A stretch of DNA of 64,000 bases from Thermoplasmata archaeon (GCA_049675585.1 JBAUAJ010000126.1:1554-65553), one strand, 5' to 3'. Counted from the stretch's first letter, positions 36,743 through 46,356 are shown. Numbers and translations are program-made. The notes: generated by a model from the letters alone, not told the origin.

Positions 36743-37363
36743 TTACGCCTCGTTAAACCCGACAGAAGCCGAGTAGACGAGCGTGAACGTCGCGCTCGAA
36801 GGTGTAGCATCGGTGGAGCCCCACGGGATGTCGACGCCGTAGTAGTCAGTGTAGCTTTGTCCGGGATTCAGCACGGTGAAATTCTGGGAATAGGCCGTTG
36901 GGGTGTCAGCGGTCGGGCTTCCGACAAAGTAGAAATCGCCGCTGGCCTGGATTCCCGAATAGGTGTACACATCGAAGCAGTTGAACCCGTAGGGGCCGCA
37001 GACACCGTTCGACCCCGGAGTGTTCAGGGTGATGCTCACATTGAGCGGTTGGTTCCCCGTGTTCTCGAGCGTCAAATAGCCATTGCAGATATCATCCGGG
37101 GTCAGATTCGCGACCGTCAGGGTCACCTGGGTGTTTCCGGCTGTAAGTCCGGAGAATTCCAGGCTCCCGGGGGCTGCTTCGGCGTGGCCAAAGTAGAAGC
37201 AACCGTATGACCCGGTTCCCGTAATCTGCAATCCTACTGCCGCTGCACTCGCGTTGCCATACACCGTGGCCTGCGCCGTAAAGGCCGAAAAGCCCACTCC
37301 GGCCATGCATACGACCGCTATCGCCGCCGCCAACCCTACCACCCATCGCTTCGTCATCCGCAT
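36743..37363 (-). CDS. Secreted protein with TasA/camelysin-like (SipW-type) signal region
   Basis: 206 aa with N-terminus MRMTKRWVVGLAAAIAVVCMAGVGFSAFTAQATV, then a beta-rich, Cys-containing domain. The family call is low confidence. Confidence 0.65.
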   Translation of the reverse strand: MRMTKRWVVGLAAAIAVVCMAGVGFSAFTAQATVYGNASAAAVGLQITGTGSYGCFYFGHAEAAPGSLEFSGLTAGNTQVTLTVANLTPDDICNGYLTLENTGNQPLNVSITLNTPGSNGVCGPYGFNCFDVYTYSGIQASGDFYFVGSPTADTPTAYSQNFTVLNPGQSYTDYYGVDIPWGSTDATPSSATFTLVYSASVGFNEA

Positions 37364-37540
37364 TTCTCCAGAGACTCGCGTCTCCGATCGGCCATCGTCG
37401 ATGCGATTACAACGAGTTTACGGACGAAATGATTCAATCGTCCTATCAATCTGCCAAAATCTACCACTGTCCGAGGATTGAACCCCAGCACGATCGGCCC
37501 TGGGCAATCATCGGTCGGCCCACAGCTCGCGTGTGATGCT

Positions 37541-37558
37541 GCTCAAGACTTGTTGAAC
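37541..37558 (+). repeat. Intergenic palindrome site S21
   Basis: GCTCAA gacttg TTGAAC (1 mismatch), 86 nt before the 37644 start. Confidence 0.75.
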
Positions 37559-37643
37559 GCACCGGGCATGGATACACCCCACGGGGAACCGTTACTGCAA
37601 AGCTTGAATCCCCGGCCTAACTTCGAGTTCTCAGAGTGTCCAC

Positions 37644-38654
37644 GTGGATCCGTTTAGTCACATCCTCCTCGCCTACCTTCTCGGTTTCGGCCTCTTCGGG
37701 GCGAACGGGCTCCAGTTTGTCGTCGCCTCGGCTTTCGCCGGCGCCCTGCCGGATGCAGACGTACTGTTCCACCCGCTCGCGGCTCGATTCCCCCTGCTCC
37801 GCCACAGGGGCATATCGCACTCTATCGCAGGCGTGACAGGGATCGCGGTGGTCGGAATGTTTCTCGTCCCTCGACTTCTCTCTTGGGCATTCGGCCCGAG
37901 CTTCGGAGACGGTTCGGCAGTCTACTTCTTCGTCGCTCTTGAAGTCGGAGGTTTATCGCACGTCCTGCTCGACGCAATGGATCATTGGTCGGTCCCGATA
38001 TTTGCTCCGTTCTCGAAGCAGGAGTATCACTTCGACGCCGACCGAATCATGAACTTCGGCGCGATGTCGTTCACTGTATTCGCGTACGCGATTATGCTCT
38101 ACGAACGAGGCCGAGTCGGCCAGTGGATCTGGGAGGTCACCACCTACGCCCTCCTGCTCGCAACCGCGATGTATTTCGTGGTCAGACTGATCGCTCGTCA
38201 GCGAGCGGGGGTGGCCAAGGCACGGTTGGGCTTCGTCGACGTCATCCCCCAAGCCAACCCGCTTGTTTTCCTTTTTCATTCAAGATCAGAGTCGGATTCA
38301 GAGATTGCTTTTCGGTTTGCCCGATATCACCTGCTTCGTGGTGTACGGGGGGAAGTTCAGTCGGTATCCATCCCACGCTTCATTCACGATGACGGCGGCG
38401 CACTTTCGGCACGGAGTGCGCTCTCTCGCAGTTATCCGGTTGCGCTCAAAGCCAGCTGGATTCTTGGGGAGACTCACCACTTCGGCTATGCGAGACCGAT
38501 AGCCGAGGGATTCGAGGTGTACTGGTTCTCCCTCGAGATGTCCTCCTTCGGGAGATCCGCCGGAGTTCTAGCCAGAGTGGACTCAGGTACCGGAGCCGTC
38601 ACCACACGGAACGCATGGCGCAACCCCGCGCGCGTGTTCGATCGCCCTGGATAG
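37644..38654 (+). CDS. Membrane-bound metal-dependent hydrolase (YdjM/DUF457-like) with C-terminal extension
   Basis: 336 aa with a GTG start. It has MDPFSHILLAYLLG...RGISHSIAG...HVLLDAMDHWSVPIFAPF. Confidence 0.7.
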   Translation: MDPFSHILLAYLLGFGLFGANGLQFVVASAFAGALPDADVLFHPLAARFPLLRHRGISHSIAGVTGIAVVGMFLVPRLLSWAFGPSFGDGSAVYFFVALEVGGLSHVLLDAMDHWSVPIFAPFSKQEYHFDADRIMNFGAMSFTVFAYAIMLYERGRVGQWIWEVTTYALLLATAMYFVVRLIARQRAGVAKARLGFVDVIPQANPLVFLFHSRSESDSEIAFRFARYHLLRGVRGEVQSVSIPRFIHDDGGALSARSALSRSYPVALKASWILGETHHFGYARPIAEGFEVYWFSLEMSSFGRSAGVLARVDSGTGAVTTRNAWRNPARVFDRPG

Positions 38655-38696
38655 CATTCGATCCCTTTCCATCCCTTGTTCAGAGCTCGCCTCTCC

Positions 38697-38714
38697 GCTC
38701 AAGTCTTGTTGAGT
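38697..38714 (+). repeat. Intergenic palindrome site S22 (degenerate)
   Basis: GCTCAA gtcttg TTGAGT (3 mismatches to consensus, but the spacer is nearly identical to S21). It is 43 nt after the 38654 stop, and CCTCTC/GAGAGG flank it. Confidence 0.5.
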
Positions 38715-38787
38715 ATCATGAGAGGAGATGCGTTGGGTCGTACTCAATCGTGTTTCGCACAGAATCACGAGACGACCTGTCCCGTCG

Positions 38788-39318
38788 CTACGCGGGTGGG
38801 TCCTTGATCCGGCCCGCCGTGTGGGCCCACTTGACCCAGCTCAGGACCGGCGCGTTGACATCGATCTGCCAGAGTAGTGCATTGATTTCACCACGATGCT
38901 GAAGTTCCTCCTCAACAAGATGCCAAAGCGAATCTCGTACTGGAACCTGACAGTCATGGTCCGACCCCCTCCCTTTCACCCTGGTGATCTTGCTCGAGAG
39001 ACTGGCATCGGTCAGTTCCGCCATGACCCGCTGGATCTGGGTCTGGATGTACGTTTCGTCTTTCTTCAACACGTCGATCGTAGGCGGCCCGTCAGATTCA
39101 CCATCCTGCGGCGGGAACGGAAACGTAGCGCAGTCCTTCATCCAGAAGTAGAGGGCACCTTGAGAGTGCGCGAAGATATCGAGTAAGGATGGGAACGACG
39201 CACCTCGGTCGCGTGTCAGCTCTCCGGGAGGCAATTTCGCCAGCGTTTCGAGGTAACCCCGACGCGAGTCGGCGATGTACGCGAACCACGCACGAATTGA
39301 CTCAATTTCGGATTCCAT
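38788..39318 (-). CDS. DinB-superfamily (DinB_2-like) protein
   Basis: 176 aa with a four-helix pattern and His residues: LLDIFAHSQGALYFW ... LWHLVEEELQHRGEINAL. Confidence 0.7.
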   Translation of the reverse strand: MESEIESIRAWFAYIADSRRGYLETLAKLPPGELTRDRGASFPSLLDIFAHSQGALYFWMKDCATFPFPPQDGESDGPPTIDVLKKDETYIQTQIQRVMAELTDASLSSKITRVKGRGSDHDCQVPVRDSLWHLVEEELQHRGEINALLWQIDVNAPVLSWVKWAHTAGRIKDPPA

Positions 39319-39510
39319 GCTGAGCCCCTGCGAAGGCGAAAATAACGGTTCTCTTATCGCTGCCCATCAGCGCCCGATTCCAGAGGACAGGTCGCCGGGC
39401 TCCGAGTGTCTGGCGCTCCGATGGCCGAAATGGCGGGCCCCTTGGACCTAGATCTGTAGGAAGCGACCGTCGTCCATTCGCTGGGAACGGGACCTCGATT
39501 CGTTGGGTAG

Positions 39511-40338
39511 CTACCGGCGTGCGGACTTCTTTAATCGCCAGATCGCCTCGAGGGGCCAGCGCCGTGCCCATTTCTCTTCGGCCTCGGACAGGTAAGTCGA
39601 CCGGGCCCCCGAGCGGGGTCTAGTCTCGGTCAATCCTTCCACCAGAAATCCGTTATCTACGAACAGTTGAATCCACCCCCCGTACGGCAGCTGGAAGTTG
39701 ACCTCTCCACTGGGGTACTCAATCCGATCGAGGTCGAAGTAGTCGTACAGGAGCTTCCGGCCCACGCGATCCGTCTTGCGATTCTGTGCGACGGTACGGA
39801 ACGGGCTGGAGGTCGAGAAGATGAGTCGTCCACCCTCGCGTAGCACGCGGGCAGCCTCAGGAATCGTCCGATGCGGGTCACAGAACGTCAAGGCGCCCCA
39901 GTCACAGAACGCCACGTCGAATGTCGAGTCGGGGAACGGAAGCTGCTCGGCGTTGCCTCGTACCAGGCGAACCTTCGACCCGGACCTTCTAAGGAATTTC
40001 GCCGCATGGGCGAGCTGGGCCGAAGAGATGTCAAGCCCTACCGGCCGAGCCCCCCGGCGGGCGAGGGCGAACGACCACCGCGCGGCTCCGCACCCCACTT
40101 CGAGGATGTCCTTGCCTCGGGGCTCACCCAAGACGCGCAGTTCGGACTCGGGGACCCGCCACAAGCCCCACGACATGGCGTTCCATCCGGAAAGTGCCGC
40201 TCGGTGCCGCCGATCGTACTGGCCACTCGTCCTCTGCCAGATGGCGAGGTTCTTCTGGACGTGACTACGACTGCGCGGAGACCCTGTAGCCCCGCCCCGG
40301 CCGCGGGCTACGGTGGAGGAGCCGCTTCGGGACGCCAT
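39511..40338 (-). CDS. Class I SAM-dependent methyltransferase
   Basis: 275 aa with motif I ILEVGCGAARWSFALARRGARPVGLDIS and post-I/II patterns. Confidence 0.8.
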   Translation of the reverse strand: MASRSGSSTVARGRGGATGSPRSRSHVQKNLAIWQRTSGQYDRRHRAALSGWNAMSWGLWRVPESELRVLGEPRGKDILEVGCGAARWSFALARRGARPVGLDISSAQLAHAAKFLRRSGSKVRLVRGNAEQLPFPDSTFDVAFCDWGALTFCDPHRTIPEAARVLREGGRLIFSTSSPFRTVAQNRKTDRVGRKLLYDYFDLDRIEYPSGEVNFQLPYGGWIQLFVDNGFLVEGLTETRPRSGARSTYLSEAEEKWARRWPLEAIWRLKKSARR

Positions 40339-40478
40339 CCTCCATCGGGACTGAACCGCCTACATCAGTTGTACGGGGGGAGGCCGTAGCGGGTATCGGT
40401 CCAGTTTGGATGTTGGACTTCTCCCACTCGCCTAGAGTGTTCAGCCAGGGAGCAGTCGAAGAACCTCTTCGGGAGGGT

Positions 40479-40496
40479 GTTCAACTATTGTTGAGC
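40479..40496 (+). repeat. Intergenic palindrome site S23
   Basis: GTTCAA ctattg TTGAGC (1 mismatch), with 5' flank ggt. Confidence 0.75.
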
Positions 40497-40596
40497 GTAG
40501 CCCCCATCGACTCGGCCCTGCAACAATCCGACTGGCCCGTGTCCTGAGTATCGGTGGTCGGGCCCGTGGCACTGTCTCAGAGTATGCGTCGGACGT

Positions 40597-43500
40597 TCAC
40601 TTTGGGTCCTGATCTGAGGTAGACGGCGGAGGGGCCGAGCCTCCCTTCGAACGTCGGACGAGGAATGCTCCGATCCCGATCAAAATGACCGCCCCGATTG
40701 CTCCGAGGAGCAGGTAACCCTCGGTCGCGGGGAGGCCCAGGAGGGTGGGCGCGGCACTTCCCGGATTGTGTGCGTTAGACTGGAAGGTAACCGCCCGGTC
40801 TATCGTCCCGCCCGTGACCGTAAACCCACCGCCCGTAGCCGAATAGTTTCGATTTGCGGACGCGGTCGTATAGGTGTAGCTTCCGTTCGGTAGAGCGATC
40901 GATGCCGCCGCACCGACGGAGCTCAGCGGGACCTCACCGGAGATGTTGACCCACCACTCCGTCGTGGCGGGCAGTCCACTTTCCGTGAAAGTCACTAGAT
41001 ACGTCACCAGCTCGAAGCTGACCGGCTGTGAAAGGTCCGCCCCATTCACGAGAAGGGCTCCGGAGCTCGCCGAGTAGCTCGAGTCATCGGATTTTACTGT
41101 ATACGTGTAACTCCCGTTGGAGGCACTGAAGTTGACCGAGGCGTGGCCGTCGGACCATCGCGTCACCGAGACGACCGAGAGAATAATGGAAGAAGCGCTA
41201 CCGGTCAAGGTCACCGACCAGTTCGTGTGGGCGGGGAGCCCCGACTCAGTCAGGGTGACGGAGTACACCAAGTCGAACGAGAGCAGGATCCGAATCGCGT
41301 CGCTCGCCACCGATAGAGAGCCTGCCGAAATGGTCGGGACATACTCTCCCACGGACGGCACGGAATAGCTGTAACTGCCGTTCGGTTCGGTAAAGTTGTC
41401 AGCCCTCGCGCTAGATGCCTGCGAGCTTCCGTTGAGAACCACCGACCAGGTGGTCGCCATGGGCAGACCGGTCTCCGCGAAACTCACGGGATTCGGCACG
41501 GGATGACCGGGGGTGAGGATCGAAATCGTTCCCTGGCCGAAATCGCAGACATACACTAGTCCGGTGGTCGTGTCGACCGCGATCGAATTCGGATCCGACC
41601 CCACGCTCAGAGTGGCCAGAATAGCATCGGTAACGTACGAGACGACGCTCACGTTGTTCGATCCGGAGTTCACCGAATCGACCTCGCCCGTCGCGCGATC
41701 GTAGGCAACTGCTTGGGGCCCCGTTCCGACGCTAACATTCGCGATCGAATTTCCCGTCGTCGAAGAGAGTACTTGGACCTTGCCGAGCCCATTGTTCGCG
41801 GCGAATAGCTCCCCATTCGGCCCGTCGTAGGCAAGGGCGTAACCGCCGGTTTCAAAGAAGGAGCCGGTCACTGTATCCGTTGCGTCGGAGATCACGCTGA
41901 TATTCTCCGATCCGAGGTTGGACACGAACATCTCTCCGTCGAGAGGGTCGTAGGCGATCCCTTGGGGTTCGGTCCCAACCGCGATGTTCGCAACGACGTC
42001 GTCGGTCGCGTCCGAAATTACGCTCACGTCGTCACCTAGGAATGTGGTGACGAATACTTGCCGAGTGTGCGGGTCAAATGCGAGCTGAGACGGTTCGCCT
42101 TCCACGTGGACCGTAGCCACGACGTGGTCGCTCGTATCGTTGATGACGCTCACCGCGCCCGACCCGTAGTCCGCGACGAAGATCTCGCCCATCGGCCTAT
42201 CATACGCCAGGCCCATCGGGCCGATCCCGACCTTTACCTGCGAGACGATCTCGTTCGTCCCGGCCGAAATCACATCCACGTCTCCTTCTCCCGAATCGGC
42301 GGCGAAGATCTCGCCTTTCGCACGGTCGTATGCGAGGCCGTCGGGACTGGTTCCTAATGGAATCGTGGCCGAGACCGCGTCCGAGACGTCGGAGAGGACG
42401 CTCACATTGTTCGAGGCCGAGTTGGCTGTGTAGATAGCCGCCCGCGCCGCATCGTACGCCATCCCCAGCGGTTCCGTCCCCACAGGTACGGTGGCGAGGA
42501 CATTGTTCGTCGCAGCAGAAATGACGGTCGCAGTATCTGACCCGGAATTAGAGACGAAAACATCCCCCAGCCCGCCGTCGTAGACCACGTCGTACGGGTT
42601 GTTCCCCACGCCGATGTTCTTTGCGACAGTGTAGACGGAATCCCGGACTACGGTCACGTTCCGCGAACCCAGGTTCGCTACGAAAATCTCCCCTTGGGCA
42701 CTATCGTAGGCAACTCCGCCGGGGCTTGCACCGACCCCGACCGTCGTGATGACGCTATCGGTCGACCCCGAGATCACGCTTAGATTTCCCGCTGTACCGA
42801 AGGACAGGTTGGTGGTGGAGACCCAAATCTCCTGGGTCCCGCTGTCGTACGCCGCGCCCAGGGGTTGATTGCCGACCTTGACCGTCTTCACCACCGAGTT
42901 CGAGGCGTCGGAGATCACGCTGACAGTGTCGCCGCCATAGTCCGCGACGAAGATCTGGCCCGTAGTGCCGTCGTAGGCCATCGCCATCGGATCCGGACCC
43001 ACAGGGATTGTCGCGATGACCGTGTTGTTCGAGTCCGCGATAACGCTAACATTGTGCACCCCAGAGTCGGCGGTGAAAATCTCACCCTTACCGCTGTCGT
43101 AAACGACCCCCCCGACCGAAGAGCCGATCGAGATCGTAGCGACGACCGTGTCCGTTGTGTCGGAAATGACACTTACCGAGTCGGATTCAAGGTTAGCGAT
43201 GAATACTTCGGACTTCGCGGGATCGTACGCGACCGAATGAGGAGAGACGCCGTTGGCGGCGAGGAAGTTGCCCGGAACTAGCGTGTTGTTAAGCAGCACC
43301 AATGTAGCTGAGACGCTCGGTAGGGATCCCTCGGGGGCAACGCCAGCCGCTACAGCAGCGGGACGAGCAAGGGCCGACTCCGCAATCGAGAGATTCGCGG
43401 GACGGCCCGACTCCCCGTGAGCGAGGGCGGGGGTCAAAGGCGGCGAAGCGAAACTAGAAAGGCGGAATGCGGGGAGATTGGTGATTGGGAGGCCTAGTCC

Positions 43501-43602
43501 GCTGAGGATGAGCACACCAACGAAAAGGAAGAGGAACCCGCGGCGACAGGCCTGATTCCGGGCGGTCGTCCCCTTCCGATGCACCCTCGTATCCCCTCCC
43601 AC
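40597..43602 (-). CDS. Giant YVTN beta-propeller surface protein (about 14 blades) with GLP-W-NGT modules and C-terminal anchor
   Basis: 1001 aa with an N-terminal TM/signal. It has many repeats of the form P.G.AYD...GEIFVAN.GS.NVSVI. The C-terminus has VSFAETGLPMATTWSV, YSVTLTESGLPAHTNWSV and YLVTFTESGLPATTEWWV, then a TM helix (GYLLLGAIGAVILIGIGAFLV). Confidence 0.9.
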   Translation of the reverse strand: MGGDTRVHRKGTTARNQACRRGFLFLFVGVLILSGLGLPITNLPAFRLSSFASPPLTPALAHGESGRPANLSIAESALARPAAVAAGVAPEGSLPSVSATLVLLNNTLVPGNFLAANGVSPHSVAYDPAKSEVFIANLESDSVSVISDTTDTVVATISIGSSVGGVVYDSGKGEIFTADSGVHNVSVIADSNNTVIATIPVGPDPMAMAYDGTTGQIFVADYGGDTVSVISDASNSVVKTVKVGNQPLGAAYDSGTQEIWVSTTNLSFGTAGNLSVISGSTDSVITTVGVGASPGGVAYDSAQGEIFVANLGSRNVTVVRDSVYTVAKNIGVGNNPYDVVYDGGLGDVFVSNSGSDTATVISAATNNVLATVPVGTEPLGMAYDAARAAIYTANSASNNVSVLSDVSDAVSATIPLGTSPDGLAYDRAKGEIFAADSGEGDVDVISAGTNEIVSQVKVGIGPMGLAYDRPMGEIFVADYGSGAVSVINDTSDHVVATVHVEGEPSQLAFDPHTRQVFVTTFLGDDVSVISDATDDVVANIAVGTEPQGIAYDPLDGEMFVSNLGSENISVISDATDTVTGSFFETGGYALAYDGPNGELFAANNGLGKVQVLSSTTGNSIANVSVGTGPQAVAYDRATGEVDSVNSGSNNVSVVSYVTDAILATLSVGSDPNSIAVDTTTGLVYVCDFGQGTISILTPGHPVPNPVSFAETGLPMATTWSVVLNGSSQASSARADNFTEPNGSYSYSVPSVGEYVPTISAGSLSVASDAIRILLSFDLVYSVTLTESGLPAHTNWSVTLTGSASSIILSVVSVTRWSDGHASVNFSASNGSYTYTVKSDDSSYSASSGALLVNGADLSQPVSFELVTYLVTFTESGLPATTEWWVNISGEVPLSSVGAAASIALPNGSYTYTTASANRNYSATGGGFTVTGGTIDRAVTFQSNAHNPGSAAPTLLGLPATEGYLLLGAIGAVILIGIGAFLVRRSKGGSAPPPSTSDQDPK

Positions 43603-43657
43603 CTGGCTTGAGGTGGAGTGTGTCGGACGGGCGTGCCCTTATTGAGCCTTCGGAGAA

Positions 43658-43707
43658 CGGGACTCGAATTCGAACCCCGCTCGAGCGATGTTCGGTTTCG
43701 GCCGAAA
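43658..43707. other. Cluster of perfect palindromes upstream of the 43602 start
   Basis: TCGAATTCGA (43664-43673), CGCTCGAGCG (43678-43687) and TTTCGGCCGAAA (43696-43707). The first extends to the imperfect 20-mer GGGACTCGAA/TTCGAACCCC. Confidence 0.6.
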
Positions 43708-43734
43708 ATCACCTCTGCGAGACTTCAGCGGTAG

Positions 43735-43752
43735 GTGCCACCCTCGTTGAAC
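43735..43752 (+). repeat. Intergenic palindrome site S24
   Basis: GTGCCA ccctcg TTGAAC cc (2 mismatches), preceded by gtag. Confidence 0.6.
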
Positions 43753-43845
43753 CCGGAACACCTGCTGCCGATGAGGCTGGATCCGTACAGACTTTCTCTT
43801 CTCGGGAGATTGGCCGATCTCCGACTTCAGGAACAGGTGCGCGTA

Positions 43846-44190
43846 CTATGCCAACTCGAGGACCAGGCGATTCGCCTTCTCCGGCGAGACGAGAACTTCC
43901 TGGCCACTTTTCATCTTGAGGTAGCGTGCGAGAGAGGAGGGAATCCTCACTACAAGTGAATTGCCCGATCGGGCGATTTTGACCTTCGAAGCGAGCCCCC
44001 ACAGACCCAGCTCTTTGGCCTTCTGCTCAACCTTGTGCATGCTCTCACTGCTCAGGAACGACTCTCCGCATCGATCACACACTTCGCCGGGATATTTTCC
44101 GAGGTCAACGCCGAACATCTCCTCGTGCACGGTACCGGGACGAAGGGTCCCTTTGCCACATACAGGACACCGCGATACCACGGTCACCAC
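43846..44190 (-). CDS. Zinc-finger (YgiT/MqsA-type) + AbrB/SpoVT-domain antitoxin
   Basis: 114 aa with CPVCGKG...CDRCGES, then KVKIARSGNSLVVRIPSSLARYLKMKSGQEV. Confidence 0.65.
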   Translation of the reverse strand: MVTVVSRCPVCGKGTLRPGTVHEEMFGVDLGKYPGEVCDRCGESFLSSESMHKVEQKAKELGLWGLASKVKIARSGNSLVVRIPSSLARYLKMKSGQEVLVSPEKANRLVLELA

Positions 44191-44399
44191 CTCGGTTTCA
44201 CCGTAATGACGTAAGTCCGACTGCGCCGGACGACGTAAACGACCTCGAAGTACCGATAGGCGGACGCAACTTTACCGCCCTGGTGAGTCTTAGACCCCAG
44301 TTGGATTGCAATCTCGACCTCCGCCGTCGAGATTCCGCGGAGCACCTTCCTTTGGCGAGCATGACGGCTACAGACGACCTCCCTGGCCATCCAATACAT
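44184..44399 (-). CDS. DUF4258-like toxin
   Basis: 71 aa with SRHARQRKVLRGISTAEVEIAI..G....GGKV...RYFEVVYVV...TYVITV. It overlaps the downstream antitoxin by 7 nt. Confidence 0.6.
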   Translation of the reverse strand: MYWMAREVVCSRHARQRKVLRGISTAEVEIAIQLGSKTHQGGKVASAYRYFEVVYVVRRSRTYVITVKPRW

Positions 44400-44512
44400 G
44401 TATTACTCGTATTACTATTAGGATGCCGTCTCCCGGCTCGGCTCGAGAGTGGAGTTAGCGTAGCAGGTCCCTCTATGCGGGTGCTACATTGGGATGCCAA
44501 GCAGATTCCGTA

Positions 44513-44530
44513 GGCCAACTCTCATTGAAC
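44513..44530 (+). repeat. Intergenic palindrome site S25
   Basis: GGCCAA ctctca TTGAAC ct (2 mismatches), preceded by cgta. Confidence 0.6.
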
Positions 44531-44604
44531 CTCTCCCGGAGGCCGACCGCTATCGCCGGAACCGAGTCGGACAGATGCCGTCCGATTTCACGTCCGGGGG
44601 AGGA

Positions 44605-45048
44605 CTACTTCCGCCCGCGAGCAGCAGCAGCCTTTGCAGCCAGTGCCGCGAACTCTTCCCGGCCGAACGCAGTTCCGGACAACCCCCAGCCCCCTTCCGC
44701 GGCTTCGGTGAGCAGCACCCAGGTTCGACTAGCCTGTGTCGGATCACCTGAGATCCGAGTTACGATCTCTGTAACTTCGTTGACGAGCTGCTTCTGACCC
44801 TCTCGATTCAGAGCCGCGGGCGGAGTGATAATCTGGACACGCACAGTGCGAGCGGAGTCGGTAGCAGCCGTGTGGACCGTTTTGGGATCCATACGATGAA
44901 TGTACGCGGCGGTGTTGTTCGTGTGAAATGGTCCTGGAGCTACCACTCCTTCTGCCCGGAGGACCGCCCTGGTTAGTTCCTCTGCGAGTTTCCGGTCCGT
45001 TCCCGCGGGGAAGAGGTCGGCCGCGGCGTAGACGTCAATCATCGGCAT
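44605..45048 (-). CDS. Tautomerase-superfamily protein
   Basis: 147 aa starting MPMIDVY (Pro1 after Met removal), with two beta-alpha-beta-like halves (RTVRVQIITPP...). Confidence 0.65.
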   Translation of the reverse strand: MPMIDVYAAADLFPAGTDRKLAEELTRAVLRAEGVVAPGPFHTNNTAAYIHRMDPKTVHTAATDSARTVRVQIITPPAALNREGQKQLVNEVTEIVTRISGDPTQASRTWVLLTEAAEGGWGLSGTAFGREEFAALAAKAAAARGRK

Positions 45049-45137
45049 TGTGTTCTCCCTTTCACGCGCTATATGGGTCCAGCTTTAGAGATTTCGGTTT
45101 CTGCCTACTCTCGAGTAAGTGCAATCAACGAAGGTGC

Positions 45138-45155
45138 GTGCAGTTCTGATTGAAC
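45138..45155 (+). repeat. Intergenic palindrome site S26
   Basis: GTGCAG ttctga TTGAAC (2 mismatches), 90 nt beyond the 45048 start. Confidence 0.6.
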
Positions 45156-45326
45156 TCACGCGTGCCCGCGCAAGCGACATCCGTTCGAGCGGTCGGAGGC
45201 AGCCCACCCTGCCCCACTCCATCGTAAATTCAAGAGGCCGAATCGAATCGACGCCCGGGATGTTCAACGTAGTTAAATGAGAAACCTTACGTATAGGTAA
45301 GTTATCCATTCAAGAAGAGCCGAATC

Positions 45327-45773
45327 ATGCTGACCCTCGAAATCCCGCAGCTCCATTGCTACCGATGCGGGAACACATGGACCCCCCGAGGGCGGATAGT
45401 CCGCATCTGCCCGCGTTGCAAGTCCCCGAAGTGGGAAGAGCCAAAAATCGTGGTCCCCGAGGGGGGAGGGGGCCTCGGGGTGGAGGCGGTTCTCGGCCCC
45501 TACCGGTCAAGAATCAAGCGAATCGCGAAGCAGTACGGCGCACGAGAGATACGTGTATTCGGCTCTGTGGCTCGGAACGCGGCCAGCTCGAGGAGTGATA
45601 TCGATCTGCTCGTGGACTTTGATCAGTCCAAACGTTCAAAATCCGCCCTGCGCTCGATCGACCTCGCGCTCGAACTGGAAAAGCTCCTGGGCCGCCATGT
45701 CGACCTGGTAACAGAGAGCAGTCTGCATTGGTTCATTCAACCGCAAGTTGTGGTAGAGGCGGTCCCACTGTGA
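45327..45773 (+). CDS. Zinc-ribbon + minimal nucleotidyltransferase (MNT) antitoxin
   Basis: 148 aa with CYRCGNTW...CPRCKS, then VFGSVARNAASSRSDIDLLVDF. Confidence 0.75.
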   Translation: MLTLEIPQLHCYRCGNTWTPRGRIVRICPRCKSPKWEEPKIVVPEGGGGLGVEAVLGPYRSRIKRIAKQYGAREIRVFGSVARNAASSRSDIDLLVDFDQSKRSKSALRSIDLALELEKLLGRHVDLVTESSLHWFIQPQVVVEAVPL

Positions 45774-46129
45774 CAACCAAGACGGATCGAGATCGCCTTC
45801 GCGTTACGGCGATGATCCAGGCTGCGGAGGAGGCGAAGCTTGATGCCGCGGTGGGGAAAGAAGAGTTCCTCGAAGGTGGCCGCTCTCAGAAGGCCGTACT
45901 ACTGGATCTAATTCACCTCACAGAGTCCGCCGACAAAGCATCGCTCGGGCTGAAGAAGCTCAATCCCAGGATTCCGTGGGAGCGGCTGAATGGGCTACGA
46001 AATCGTGGACTCGTCCACCACTATGCTGAAATTGACCTAGAGGAAGTATGGGCATTCGTCCGAGACGACATGTCTCGCGTTCGACGCCAACTCGATCATG
46101 TGAAGTTCCCTCGGGACGACGCTCGCTGA
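45770..46129 (+). CDS. HEPN (DUF86) toxin
   Basis: GTG at 45770 overlaps the MNT stop (GTGA). It has LNGLRNRGLVHHYAEID, the DUF86 RN..H.Y-type motif. The track start at 45728 is considered too early. Confidence 0.75.
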   Translation: MTTKTDRDRLRVTAMIQAAEEAKLDAAVGKEEFLEGGRSQKAVLLDLIHLTESADKASLGLKKLNPRIPWERLNGLRNRGLVHHYAEIDLEEVWAFVRDDMSRVRRQLDHVKFPRDDAR

Positions 46130-46172
46130 GCTCAGAGCGCTAAGCGAGGCCGCCGTAGCGATTGCGCTGTAG

Positions 46173-46190
46173 GTTCAATCCTCGTTGAGC
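46173..46190 (+). repeat. Intergenic palindrome site S27
   Basis: GTTCAA tcctcg TTGAGC ct (1 mismatch), preceded by gtag, 44 nt after the 46129 stop. Confidence 0.75.
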
Positions 46191-46356
46191 CTTGGGCAGG
46201 TCGGGTCAGGGGGTCGGACCCAGGACCGGGACTAACGGCTCTTCGCTGCGAGCGTAAGCGCCCGAGGGGCCCGCCGACAAGGCGGCGCTAAAAATCTGGG
46301 TACGGGGACCGGCCGTTGATCGGGCTCCCGCAGAATCGAGTGCGATCGGCGAATTC

